51,259 nt of DNA, taken from Paecilomyces variotii. Taxonomy: Eukaryota. Shown piece by piece: positions 24,560-36,615 of this stretch (its first letter is position 1; every line of letters begins with the position of its first letter). A program made the translations under genes and the position numbers. The notes beneath the pieces are model-generated. The model was not told where the DNA came from, ran no database searches, and saw only the letters and a list, made by a program, of their open reading frames with translations. The stretch lies in assembly GCA_004022145.1 (NCBI GenBank), contig RCNU01000024.1. One strand, 5' to 3'.

Positions 24560-26114
24560 CACCGCTGAGATGCATTATTGCGCAATGGTTGATGGATATC
24601 GGCGATTGAGCGAATTCTGTATGGGTGCGTTTTCGGATACTGATTTGTTTAATACACAGAGTAATAATACAATATACCCTCTCATTTAGAGACTCGTTCT
24701 TCATTATGAACTATTTACTGTTTCATCATTATCATGATTATTGACTATTGATCACCACAGGCTGTCATGAAGTCTATTTAGCGTGTAAATTAGCAACAGG
24801 AACACACGCCTTGCCGCGTAAATCAAGGATCCAGTGCTCTAGAGTACATGCTTGCATGCACTAGTTATATATATATAGTCTCTATCACATTGATGTTGCT
24901 ATGAGTTCTTTGTCTATCTGATTAGCGAAATAATATTCTTGACAGGTCATAGACATGAACCCAGCACCGGTTGCAGAAATACATTTATTGTACGACACAA
25001 AAGAGAAATGATGAATAATAGATCCCTAAGCCTTCGGGTGCATCTTTCTCGTACAGTACAAAATATACACTACAAAGTATCCCACATGTTTAGTTATTAA
25101 TTTCCTTCTTTAGTCTGCGAACTAACCGTAAACCTGACAAGAGATAGTTATATATAGCCCAGTTTCATATATTCCCGTCATGTTTCCTCCATATCTCTTG
25201 ATGAGCTCTTGCGCCTGTTCTACTCCGTACACTAAGTGTTAAGAAGACGTGATTGATGAACACCCTTCTCGGTGTTGCATCACTGGTGGCTTTTTTTGCC
25301 CACTCTGTATGGATGTGGCTGATTTTGGTGCGCACGAGCATTGGGGCCATTTCTGAAGCCAACCATGGTTCCACAATGAACCGACCATCAAGAATGTTTG
25401 GGTGTTTTCTCTTCTGATACCTTGCCATTGCAGGATATTGCGCTGTAGAGACCACGATGGTTGTTCTTATGATGGATAGTCCCTGTGCAATTGACCTATC
25501 TCCGCCACCATGAGTGTTTCTGCTGTATAACTACTGTGCAACGGCCAGCAGATGATCTGTTGCGCAAAATAACGCCAGTGGAGGCTTGCCGCATAGCCGT
25601 GATCCCCCGTCTTTCAAGTTTCCCCCCTTTTCGCCCCTCTTCTAAGTTCCACAGTCGATCTATCCACCATTTTGTGTCTCATTGGTGATGGACTGTAGGA
25701 TCGTCGGCGCCATAACCGCTCTAAGGTCAAGACGGTGTGCAGCCAGCGACGCCTGCTCATGGCTTCAAAGACTGATAACTGAGGCTCGGCGTTATCGGAT
25801 CGTCAGACCTTCACTACTGGAGCGATGGCAACAGGGGAAATCCGTCTGCTAAGCTTCACACTCGACGGAGCGGCGCAAAAGCTTTTCTCGCGCAGTCGTT
25901 GGACGAACTGCCACCGGCGCTCGACATTTAGAGAAACTCGGTTGAACCGGGGCCCCTCTGGCTCCTCCCACGAGCGTTGGGCGGCGGATCTTGGTCAGGT
26001 TATCGTCCCATCATCTTCCCCCGATCCGCCTCGAACAAACGACACTGTCACCATCCCGTAGACTCGTGGTGATCATGGTGATGGCCGTTGCGGTTCGAGC
26101 CGACATCCTCCAAT

Positions 26115-28077
26115 ATGGCCGCCAGCACGACGGGCAGTGATCGGGATTTCCGCGAGCAGTTGGGCAAGTTCCGTCTCGACCCAGCTGTCGCCGCCAGCGT
26201 TACGTCCGAGCACACGCGGACAGACACCCAGCAGACGCGCAGCAAGCGTGTCTCTACGGCCTGCGAGTTCTGCCGTAAGAGGAAGAAGAAATGCGACTTC
26301 AGATACCCCAATTGCAGCGCGTGCACGCGCGCCGGTGTGCGCTGTACTGTCCTCTCTCAAGGTCAGCAGATCTTCAATGCTTCTGTGCCTCGAGATCAGC
26401 TTGAGAAACTCCAGAAGCGGGTGGAATGGCTGGAACATATCATCCGCAAGAAGACCGGGGCCGATGTCTCTGATACTCCAACGGGCAGTGCCGTGGACGG
26501 CGAAGGAGAGCTGGACTGGTGGTATCATGTCCCAGACCTCATCGCTGGGAATCAAACCGCGACCAGCCCTGGAGGGGCGACGGATTCCTCCAGCGCTGGG
26601 TCTCCTGGGATTGCTCCGGAGCTGCCTAATATAGGAGAGATCTTTCGTGATAAACTTGAGAACCGACGGCCGTCGACGGCCCGGCCAGCAGCAGCATCGC
26701 CAAAAGTCCTTCGGCTCTCTTCCTTCGAAGAGGCGCAGACAGTCGCGAGCGAGTATTTCGACAGTCTCGGATATCAGTATCCATTCCTTCACCGCGGGGA
26801 GTTCATGACCAACCTGCGGCGGATCTATAACGGGGAGACAGTCCCTGCGGACGCGCAATTCTCCTACCACATAACCATGGCTACGGCAGTACTGATCGGG
26901 TCGTCGGATGGAAGTATGTCGTCGTCGTTCTACAACGCGAGTCGGGAAACCCTACCACTGGCACTGCAGAATGAGGATCTCCCAGCGCTGAGGGCTCTCC
27001 TTAGCGTCGCCCTCTATACGATGTTCTCAACGTCCGGGCCAAGCGTCTGGCATGTACTTGGAACAGCGATGCGCCTGGCGACAAGTCTGGGCTTACACAA
27101 GGCTAAGCAACCGGGGCAGGCAGTAGATCTGGTGGAAGACCAGATGGGGAAGCGTGCTTTCTGGAGTCTCTACAACCTTGATCGTTTGACGGCTGCAACC
27201 CTGGGACGCCCAGTAAGCATTTCAGACGAAGACATTACGACGGACCTTCCGCGCGAGTACGACGACAATTGGATCGAGGCACCGGGCGCATGCGCCATGA
27301 GCATTCCTGTTCAGGTGGTCAGGCTGCGGCGCATCTTCTCCCGGGTCTATCGTGCGTGTAAGTATTTCCCTCACGATATTTCCATTCTACATCAGTCCCT
27401 AACATCGTCTAGTCTACAGCAATCGACCGCGTCCATCTAGAGAGGTGCTTGCTCAGATGATCAATGACTTCAGGACCGAGTTGGATGCCTGGCGTACTAA
27501 CGCACCACTGCTCCTCTCCGCAATTCACTACTCGACTAGTTATTTTGATTATCTTTACTATACCACCTTATTACTTATGTACCGTCCCAGTCCTGTCAAT
27601 CCCGCTCCCGATGACGCATGTATTGTGGGCTGCGGCGACTCCAGTATCCAGATCATCCGATCGTACTGGGACAGTTACTCCCTGGGGAAGATCAAATGGA
27701 TCTGGTTGACCCTATGCCAGATCTATTCAGCTGGAATAACCATCCTATGGTGCATTGAACAGAATATTCGCGCCGTCAATGAGGGACGCCCCATTCTCTG
27801 GGAACCAAAGGATGACATGGTTCGCTATGGAGTCGATGCAGTGGTCGTGCTGCTCGAGGAATTTGGAAAGAGAAGGAACGGCGTTGACAGACTCGCTACG
27901 ACGTTCCAGAAACAGAGCTCTGCCGTGCTCAGCAGAATGGTGCATTCGCCTCCGGGCATTGATGACGTGCTCTTAATGAATGGACCTGTCCCAGAGATCG
28001 ATCCTAGCGTCGTTGAGCAATTGTTCTACGCTTATGATTGGTTTCAGGACGAAGTCGCAACATTCTATACCCTATAG
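26115..28077 (+). CDS. Zn(II)2Cys6 fungal transcription factor (Ppr1/UaY-like architecture)
   Basis: CEFCRKRKKKCDFRYPNCSACTRAGVRC cluster, coiled coil, middle homology region (YPFLH, WHVLGTAMRLATSLGLH, RAFWSLYNLDR...LGRP). Intron 27358-27412 joins ORFs 26088-27440 and 27445-28077 in frame. Confidence 0.9.
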
Positions 28078-29918
28078 GCTTGTCACGATGCCTGAGTGTT
28101 TTCACATCACATACGTCAAAAATGGGGTTCTATGGCCTCTTGTCCTGTAGGTTATCGCTGGTTCTCGGTCTGGGCAACCCTTGCCTATACGGCAATCCCC
28201 AGCACTATTTGACTCGGCCATTACCTTTCCTTCTGATGATGTCCTAAACGACCGGGAGAGACGCGCATGTGCTAGCCACAGTGTGCCCGCAGAGCACTTG
28301 CTGTCCCGTGCTTTTGAGACTAATCTTGTCGTCTTGGACAGTCAAACAACGGTTATCCACATTCACTGCGAAGATGTCAGAGTAGCAACTTGTGAAGGAG
28401 TCACTTGTTGCTGCTACCGCAGTTCACAAAATCGGCCCAATTCATGTAGTTCAGAGGGTTAACTTTGAGATTTAACCATGTCCAAGCGACTGTTGGACGC
28501 GTCTGATGGTGCCGCGAAATCGCATCAGGGCACTGCCGAGCACCTACGCTCTATGGGCTCAGTATCCTTGAACACCTCACGGTTATCACAGCTCAATGAT
28601 GACTCAAACGTACCATGCCTGTGTATCGGACACCGCAGCCTTCACATGATGAGTCGGGCCGGTGATATACTATACAGATTCATGCTACGCTTTTCGATAG
28701 CCCTTCAAAGGGCGGTTGGACCAGGGAGTCGTTAGCTTGGGTCTGATGCCCACTAAGCCAGTTAATCCACCACTGGGCTCCAGAGAAATTGCCGCGACAT
28801 ATTCCACGGTCAAAGATCTATTCGCGGTGTCGAACTTGCCGCAGACATAGCTGACACATCTGCACCTGAGTAAAGGTGGCACTTGCAGTAAAGAAAAGCG
28901 CAAGAATTTATGACAATTGTTCAGATGAATTTATGATGTTTCCCTTGACGGCTGCTTCGGATTGCCTGTCTGTCTATACCCAAATATAAAGATTTCCGCC
29001 GACGTTCCGTCCTTTCCAAGTCATTCTAGATATCTAAAATGTCATTGCGGGAAGCTTGCGTTGATATCACTATTCCTTTCATCCTGTACACTTTTTTAGA
29101 TTCTGTATCCATCAATACAGGCTAGATACAACTCCAACTAGGGTGCCTCTGGAATAAAGAGTTAGATGCACTCGATGTCGCATTCTCCACGAGTCACTGT
29201 TTGGTAGTTCGTATGTTACACATTATTTCTGAAATGGATCTGTTACCTGTACAGTGTTGGCTTTCTTTTATGGTTAGTGGTACTTCATTAGGTATGGTCG
29301 CTCCGATAGGCCGTATCGCAATTCAATCACCGCCTCGATTCTCCGTGTATAAACTCTCCTCACTTCTTCATTATGCTGATCGTTCCCTTCTACACTTACC
29401 TCGGCCGCACCCTTCGCCTCACCAGTTCGCACTGCGACTCCTTCTGTTTTCTTAGAAACGGCGGCTGCACCATCGAGTAATTTTCCATCTCTCGTGCCTT
29501 TCAGTCAGCTTTGGGGGATGCTGAACAGATTCCGTCTGCCTGTTCTTCTATTTTGATATTCTATGAGATCGTTGGGTCATCTACCTCTCCTACACTGATA
29601 GTGAAGCGTGTCTCGCTTTCGCAGACCTTTTATTTTGGCGCTGGATTCTTCGCAGCTTTCCTGGTCCAATCTAAGAAGCAAGATACTGATGTCCCAACGG
29701 TCGATGGGCACCAACTACAATCCAAAAACAAACCAACCACAAACAGGCTGCAAGGCTGAGACAACGACGCGAATCTCGCACTGCGCCTCCATCTACTGCT
29801 GTTACCTGTCCTTCGTCACGTGAGATATCTACCGCTCTTAACGTCCGCAATAACTTAGATCATCTATGTGACAATAATCATATCCGAGTTTTCATCCTGG
29901 CTACTTTTCCCGGCAAGA

Positions 29919-31440
29919 ATGAATAGCGAAGATTGGACCAAACTGTTCTTTTCCGGGAACCCTCCCGATTGGATTAGTGTTTCTCCTGAAGATCAGAAAA
30001 GCTTCAGGACTTTTCACCATAAGAGAAAGTGGGTGCTGTGGAAATCAGTTGATAAGGGTCGATACCCTGCACCAGATCGAATTCAAGTTTTATGGCTCCT
30101 CGTGAAATACCACCAGGGCTATCGACGCATGTATGTTGCGAAAGTGGTCAGTCACTCTGCCGAGGCCAGTTTTCAATGTTTCCGATTGAAAGCTAATATC
30201 CAGTTCAGTTCCCGGAATATACTGAAGCACAAGCTCGAGCTCAGCTCCGTCGAATTCCTTTCTCACGTGATCCAAAGCAGGTCCGGGATGAACTCGATCC
30301 CTTTCTCAACGAAGCTCGAGTATTCCGTCGCATTGAAGAGCGTTGTGATAGCTCACGAAAAATCTATTTTCCCCAGTTTCATGGTGTAGTCACTGATATT
30401 GACCCTTCGACATTTAAGTCTGGGTATTCCAACCGGCGTGCCATTATTCTCGAGGCCATCAAGCCAGATCTTTCGTCTCGGCGGATCCTGGCTGCACATA
30501 ATCGCGATTCCGACGAGCGTGTTGCACGATTCCATCAGCGGGTCCGAGATATCAAACCAAGCCTCAGTGCTTTTGAATCTGATTACTACAGTTCTCTCTT
30601 CACGGACCGGGTTCATCGGCTAGATGCACTACACGATCTTGCGATCACCCATGGCGATATACGAGATGATCATTTCAGGCTCCCCGGGGACTTCTACGAT
30701 ATGGTCCTTTATGACTTCTCTATCTCGTACACGTTCTCTCCTATACCACCTTATTTGGTGAACTTGCGGCGACCTCGACCACTGAAAGATATATCAGAGA
30801 CAGAACAACTGTTCCTTGCGGAACAAGTATATGAACGGTATGCCCAGTATTCCAGCTGCTTAGTGCGCAACTAACCTGAATTTAGAGCTCAAAAGCGGGA
30901 TTTGCGTGATCATCTGATTCAGTCAACCAGGGTCGCCGCAGAAGTCATCGAAGATGCACTCTTTCAGCCCCTCCAGGATGAAGAGCTGGAGTTGGTCATT
31001 TTCAAAGTTATGACACGACCGGATGGTAGGTTTCTTCTCTTCCCCCTTCCCACTGACTCATCATTTATAACCCCATAGCTTTCTCTATGCCCTCTCTCAG
31101 TTCGGTCTTTCCCTTTCTCGCAACCATTTGCCCACAGAATGATCCTACTTGGCATATCCGTAAGGGCCGGCAGCTGGACCACTATGCTCCGGCTTGGGTC
31201 TTTCTGGGAAGGTCGGGAAACTTATCAAATTCGGTTACGTTGATGACCATTGGCCACCATCAGGCCCCCAATGTTGGACTCTTGGAAAACGAAAGCGGGT
31301 ACTATCTGCTTTGCCTGATTCCGAAGGAGTGGGAGATAGATGGAATACATAATAAACTGCGGCAAGTCTGCTCGTCCCTGGAATTCTCCAAGGTCTGGGG
31401 TTATATTATCAGACGGATAGAGTTCGATGATCATACTTGA
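29919..31440 (+). CDS. Atypical protein-kinase-like protein, 4 exons
   Basis: Exons 29919-30146, 30209-30837, 30886-31025 and 31079-31440 splice into one open frame. Motifs YVAKVF, DPFLNEARVF, FPQFHG, ITHGDIRDDHF (catalytic loop-like) and VLYDFS (DFG-like). Exon 2 is absent from the ORF track. Confidence 0.75.
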
Positions 31441-32459
31441 CACATCAGGTATGGGATGCACCAAGGAATAGAGTAACTTGTGGTAGTTCACATGGGCCAG
31501 AGCTCACTATGCTTATGGAGACTTTCAATCACGCGCAGGTGATCATATATATCACGTATCACAACATACAGACTTTTTAACACTGCGAGATGTCTGATTC
31601 GGTCTTCTAGATTGATATGGAACTGCTGGCCTAGACAACCCGATAATGCGATCAATATGCAGTCTTCCTCCCCTCACAATGCACGATCAGCGCCTACTGG
31701 ATTGAATATCGTTGGCAGCTAAGGATCCACGAACTTGTCAGACAAATCGGCAACCGGAATCGCTGCCTCTGGCCGTGGGGCTGCTGTTATCAGCCAATAA
31801 TTTCCTACGAATAACATAATATGTGAGGTTGGCGCTACATACCATACCCACAAATTATTATATAGAGAATGGCTCTTCCAATGACCGTCTGTGCTTGGAT
31901 ATAGACTGACAGAGAAGTAGTCTTAAGGGCTTGGGGAAGTGAACTGGCGTAGTATGAGCGGCTCTTTCTGAACGGGTATTGTGTCTTAACATGAGCAAAA
32001 CTCCCAACTTGGCCTTTAGCATACTTGGCGAAAAAGGAAAAGAGAAAGCGATATCGACAGGCTAGACGTATATTTACATATTGATTCTGATCTCATCTTC
32101 TGTAGTTATACAATATACCGCATCTGTGAAAACAAATTCAATGCTTATCACGGGTATAATACGCAGCAAAGTGCGTAACCTGACGGGATATATTGATGGA
32201 TAAGTATATCCAACCTGAGTTTAAAAAAACGTGCTGACCGATGCGGTTGAAGTATCGGGTATGAGACGTGCCTATCGCAAACAAGCTCTTTCTATGACCG
32301 ATGTCGCCTGCCATATAATGCTATTTCTTCTTCTTTTTTTCTTCTGGAGTATAGTGACCAGCACCTCTAAATCTCCGAACCATTTTCCTTCGTACCCCAA
32401 CAGTATTCCACCTTTTGTTCGTGTCGACCGTATCCAAGCCCCGAAATTCCAAGACCAGC

Positions 32460-32975
32460 TCAACCGTCTCGCTTCTTGAGCAACTCGACAATGTGGTCGT
32501 TTAACCAGTATCCGCTCAATTCCTCCTTGGACATTGTCTTTGCCCCCGAAATCCAGCCGCGACAGATGCCTTCCCCTGCCCCGCAGTTGCAGTTGAACGG
32601 TTGATCCATATCCCACTCGGTGCTCGGATAGAAAAAGGTCAAGGCATCACCGGTCTTGAGCGGCTTGTTGTCAACCACTCTAACCTCCATCTTTCCCATA
32701 TCGAAATTGAGAGACGGCGCACAGGAGTGGTTACAGAAAACCAGGTCGGAGTTCAATTCGATATGGGTATCCGGACCGGTCTGGACGGATGTATAGGCCT
32801 TGGTTCCCGGTGTTGCTTCGGTGATCTTGGCGAAGAGTGCGCCAGCGGGAAGGTCGACGAGAGATACGGCGCCGGAACCGAACGGCTTGTTACTTCTGAT
32901 GACCTTTATCAGAGTGGGATGCGTCGGAGGTGGTGGCTGCACCTGGACAGGCTGGGGGTCTGCCATTGGAGCCAT
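32460..32975 (-). CDS. Small stand-alone SET/post-SET domain protein (putative lysine methyltransferase)
   Basis: 171-aa intronless ORF with GSGAVS, FCNHSCAPS, GDALTFFY and post-SET FNCNCG...CRG. Confidence 0.8.
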   Translation of the reverse strand: MAPMADPQPVQVQPPPPTHPTLIKVIRSNKPFGSGAVSLVDLPAGALFAKITEATPGTKAYTSVQTGPDTHIELNSDLVFCNHSCAPSLNFDMGKMEVRVVDNKPLKTGDALTFFYPSTEWDMDQPFNCNCGAGEGICRGWISGAKTMSKEELSGYWLNDHIVELLKKRDG

Positions 32976-34563
32976 TATGCCCTTGGTAGGATAGAGATAG
33001 GTGGTTCGAACCGCGGAATAGAAAGACGGACGGGAATTGAGGGCTGAAAGGCAGTTTCTGGATGTGCGCTAGTTTGAAAGGATGTACCTGTCAAGGCGAG
33101 GGATGTGGGCGGACAAGATCTATTTATTGTTATTTTATGCTTCCCTTCAGATAGCCCAATGGTGACTCCGACCCGAGGTCATTGGTCCCGGTGTATACTG
33201 CGGACAAGCGCAGCCAATGGCATTGTCTCGCAAACGGTCCGATATGCGGCGGGGGTCAAATGGGACAGAAAGATTGACTTCGAAACGCTTCCATCAGTAG
33301 TGCGCGGGTTGGGCATCCTTTTTGTTCTTTCCCTTCTACCGAGGACGGTTGCGGAAAGATGGAAAACTGCGGCGCTTGAGCCCCACGACGCCGGTGGATC
33401 GTGATTTTATCTCTGTATCGGTATCGGACGGACATGGTCATTATTATCATCATGAGACGCTGAAGGAACTTGCAATGCGCGGGGTCAGTAACGCCGAGGA
33501 GTTGCCTGACAGGAACAGGGTGGAAAAGAATCCACGCAGTAAGCACTTGGAGACACATGCTTTAGCACTCGGACGGTGCATCTTCCAAGCCTATAATTGC
33601 ATATATTATGAGTATCGTGAAGATGTCAGATCTCTCTCTCCTATGGTTCAACGGTCTCTCCCCCACATGCACGTAATAATTCATTGAGATCCCGGTATCG
33701 CTTGCTCTCGTTTGGAATAGTTAAACGATAGTTAAACTATCTAACTAGACTAGCGAATCATACATGATGTCACGGTCACAATCCCTTTTGCGACGTCTCG
33801 GATAACTAGAAACGCAGAATCTATACCATACCATACATATTTTGTGGGATACCAAGTGCTTAGGTACCATAGGCAAATAATAATGTAGTTCTTCTTGATA
33901 ATAGGTTCTCGTCCACTCGTCCGTTAAGTACACGCCGTTCCGGAAGCGGGCTGAAGATGTGCTGCAGCAAGCATGTGGTCTCAGCTCCTCGCAGGATTAT
34001 TCTCCACGCGGCTTGACTACTTAAAAAGTTAACGCGGTAGACTGGGTCGCATGTGTTGGCTCTCCTCTGCTAGCAATTAGAGGTACTAAAGAAGACGGAG
34101 AAGTAGGTAAAAGCTCTTGTATGGTCGGGTTCTCTTTCTGTCGATAGGAAGCGTTGCATAACTGCCAGGGATTAAAAACTATGCCATTTCGCGAATGAAG
34201 GTCGTTTGAACAGAAAAATAAATGTCGGTAGCTTTTATCGTCCTGTACAGTACATGAGCTCAATCGTAACGTAAATGAATAATCACTTCGATGTACATAC
34301 AATTAGGCAGGCTTCAACGTACTGGTCGAAGAAGCCCAGTAAAATCTTCCGGTTTCCGATCTCTCTGGATGCTGGTAATATTGCTATGCTCAGGAGTATC
34401 TTCTAGATCATATGTGGAGACTAGGATAGCTTGGAAATTGAGATACAGTACTATCCCGATTAAAGAAAAGACGTTGCTAAGGTTGCAATTGCAGACTTTG
34501 GAAATTTCTAAACAGCTAGCCCATGTTCGCTTCGATGACAGAGCATCGCTCAGCACATGCTAG

Positions 34564-35958
34564 TTATACCTTGACAGATTTACCTCTGACGTAGACCTTT
34601 GCGATGTTCCGATCATCGCCTGACATCAAAAACTTCTCCCAGATAATCTCATTAGAATCCTCATCCTCTATTGGCGTTATGATGCTTGGGTGTTCTGTGT
34701 CCTCGGTATGGATCTCCAGAGCATCAAATTCTTTACCGACTTTGAAATTTCCAATCTTATCATCCAAGCAGCAAACCTGCGCACCCCCCAGCGTCGCGAG
34801 GAAAAAACATTCCTTCAGCGATAGCGATGGATCTTTGCCCTTCGTGAGGACCTGTCGGGCGTTGGATACGATAAATGCCTGTCGCATAGCATCGATAATC
34901 GACGCCGAATAACCCCCGCCACTGTCGGTTCCGAGTCCGACTTTGATGCCTCGTCGCAAGTACTCGCGGATGGGAGCGACCATATACACGCCAGCAGTGG
35001 TGTTGGAGATGGGACAGTGAGACACGCCACAATTCAGTGCTTTCAGACGTCCCATCTCGTACTCATCGACGTAGATGCAGTGAGCCAGTATAGAGCGTTC
35101 GTTTAGCAGATTAAAATGCTCGTACAAATCTGCCTCGTTCTTGAACTCGGGAAATAACTCTCTGGTGATCTCCATCTCCTGTTCTGCCTCGTTGAAGTGG
35201 GTTTGAATAGGTAGATCTGGGTTCTCTTTGGCTATCTCGCCAAGGCCAGCCAGGACATCATGCGTGCAGGAAATAGCGAAGCGGGGCGTCAAGATTGGAG
35301 TGACGAGGCTTTTCTCTGGATCGATTGCCCGTACATGAGCGATGAAGTCGCGCGTCTCTTGTATAGACTCCTCGGCCGTGAGATCGCGGTACCAGTCTGG
35401 AGCGTTGCGGTTCATATTGCACTTTCCGACGTAAGCTCGCTGGCCCTTTTCCAGACAAATCTCCGCGAGGATTTTGGTTGCCTCACAATGCTTCGATCCA
35501 TAATATGAGGCTGTCGTGATTCCCTGTTTCAGAAATCCCGATACACAAGAGGCATAGGTGCGCTTCGCATATTCCGGGTCTTCGAATTTGGCTTCATGAG
35601 GAAAGGTTACCTTATTCAACCAGTCCATAATGACAAGGCCTCTGCCAACTCCACGTTGGGCCCATTGTGGTGCATGGTTATGGGTATCTATGAAGCCCGG
35701 ACAAAGAAACTCTCCTCTTTTCAAGTACTTCACTGGGAATACGTCGGGTGTGTATCCGACCTCGGAGACGATGCTGTTTACCTGATCCTTGCTGACGTTT
35801 TCCCGGAGTGCTTCGATCTTCCCGTCTCCTCCGACGACTAGCAGTCCATCTTCGATGATCTCAAGTTCATCTACGTCGAGTGAATGGATAATCGTGCCGT
35901 GAAATGCCAAGGGTAGCCCACTGCCCTTGGGTGTCGCCTCTGCGGCGCTAGAATCCAT
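34564..35958 (-). CDS. Guanine deaminase (amidohydrolase superfamily)
   Basis: PGFIDTHNHAPQW, GITTASYY, TPRFAISC, IQTHFNE, HCPISN, GLGTDSGGG, GKEFDAL, GDDRNI..VYVRG. The likely ATG is at 35958 (MDSSAAEA). Confidence 0.92.
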   Translation of the reverse strand: MDSSAAEATPKGSGLPLAFHGTIIHSLDVDELEIIEDGLLVVGGDGKIEALRENVSKDQVNSIVSEVGYTPDVFPVKYLKRGEFLCPGFIDTHNHAPQWAQRGVGRGLVIMDWLNKVTFPHEAKFEDPEYAKRTYASCVSGFLKQGITTASYYGSKHCEATKILAEICLEKGQRAYVGKCNMNRNAPDWYRDLTAEESIQETRDFIAHVRAIDPEKSLVTPILTPRFAISCTHDVLAGLGEIAKENPDLPIQTHFNEAEQEMEITRELFPEFKNEADLYEHFNLLNERSILAHCIYVDEYEMGRLKALNCGVSHCPISNTTAGVYMVAPIREYLRRGIKVGLGTDSGGGYSASIIDAMRQAFIVSNARQVLTKGKDPSLSLKECFFLATLGGAQVCCLDDKIGNFKVGKEFDALEIHTEDTEHPSIITPIEDEDSNEIIWEKFLMSGDDRNIAKVYVRGKSVKV

Positions 35959-36615
35959 CTGTCTCAGATGGTGGATAACGGTGAAACAACTGTCAGTAGG
36001 GAATACTGGACAAAATTGAGAATATGATGGATAAATGGTTTTGAGTCCACAGGGCGAAGGGTTCAAAGTATTCGAAGTGCGTTTGAAGCAAAGACCTCCC
36101 TTGCTGGTCTGACGCGGGGTGTTGGCGGTTTCTGGGCGCTTTGCGGGGGAGCGATGATAATAATAAGTAAGTGCCTAACAACAACAACCTTCGGGCGTTT
36201 CCGTCCAAGATGAGTAGCAGGCGCGCCTCTCTTCTTCTTCCAACTTCTCTGCTAACCTGACATTTTGCTCATGCATGACCTGGTTTCCATCTCCCTGGGC
36301 CTCTGTTATTTTCCGTGATGGTATTATGAGAAAGCAGCTCCCCATGGCTTAGAGATCGATCTAATAACGCGCTCGAGAGCCTTATCATGAGCCTAATTGC
36401 CTCTGATCGCCTACACATCCCCTGTGGAGATACGAAGAGACTATATATGATACGACGCAGAGACATACCAAGCATACAACCATAGACAGGGATGTTATCG
36501 TTCTTTATCATCGACCAACTGTGCACTACCACAAGCGTGCGATTACGGTAAAAATAGAATGGGCAATATTTAGACCCGAATGAGCGCCAGGTAAAGACTG
36601 CCCTAAAAAAAAAAT

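Noticed and set aside
26073-26870. 265-aa minus-strand ORF and similar overlapping ORFs (1083-1508, 21688-22278, 32601-33047)
   Set aside because: Antisense to well-supported genes, with no recognisable motifs.
30090-30616. Minus-strand ORFs suggesting a degenerate gene
   Set aside because: Explained as antisense to exon 2 of the + strand kinase-like gene.
33322-33687. 121-aa ORF between the SET and guanine deaminase genes
   Set aside because: Non-ATG start and no recognisable motif or supported splice structure.
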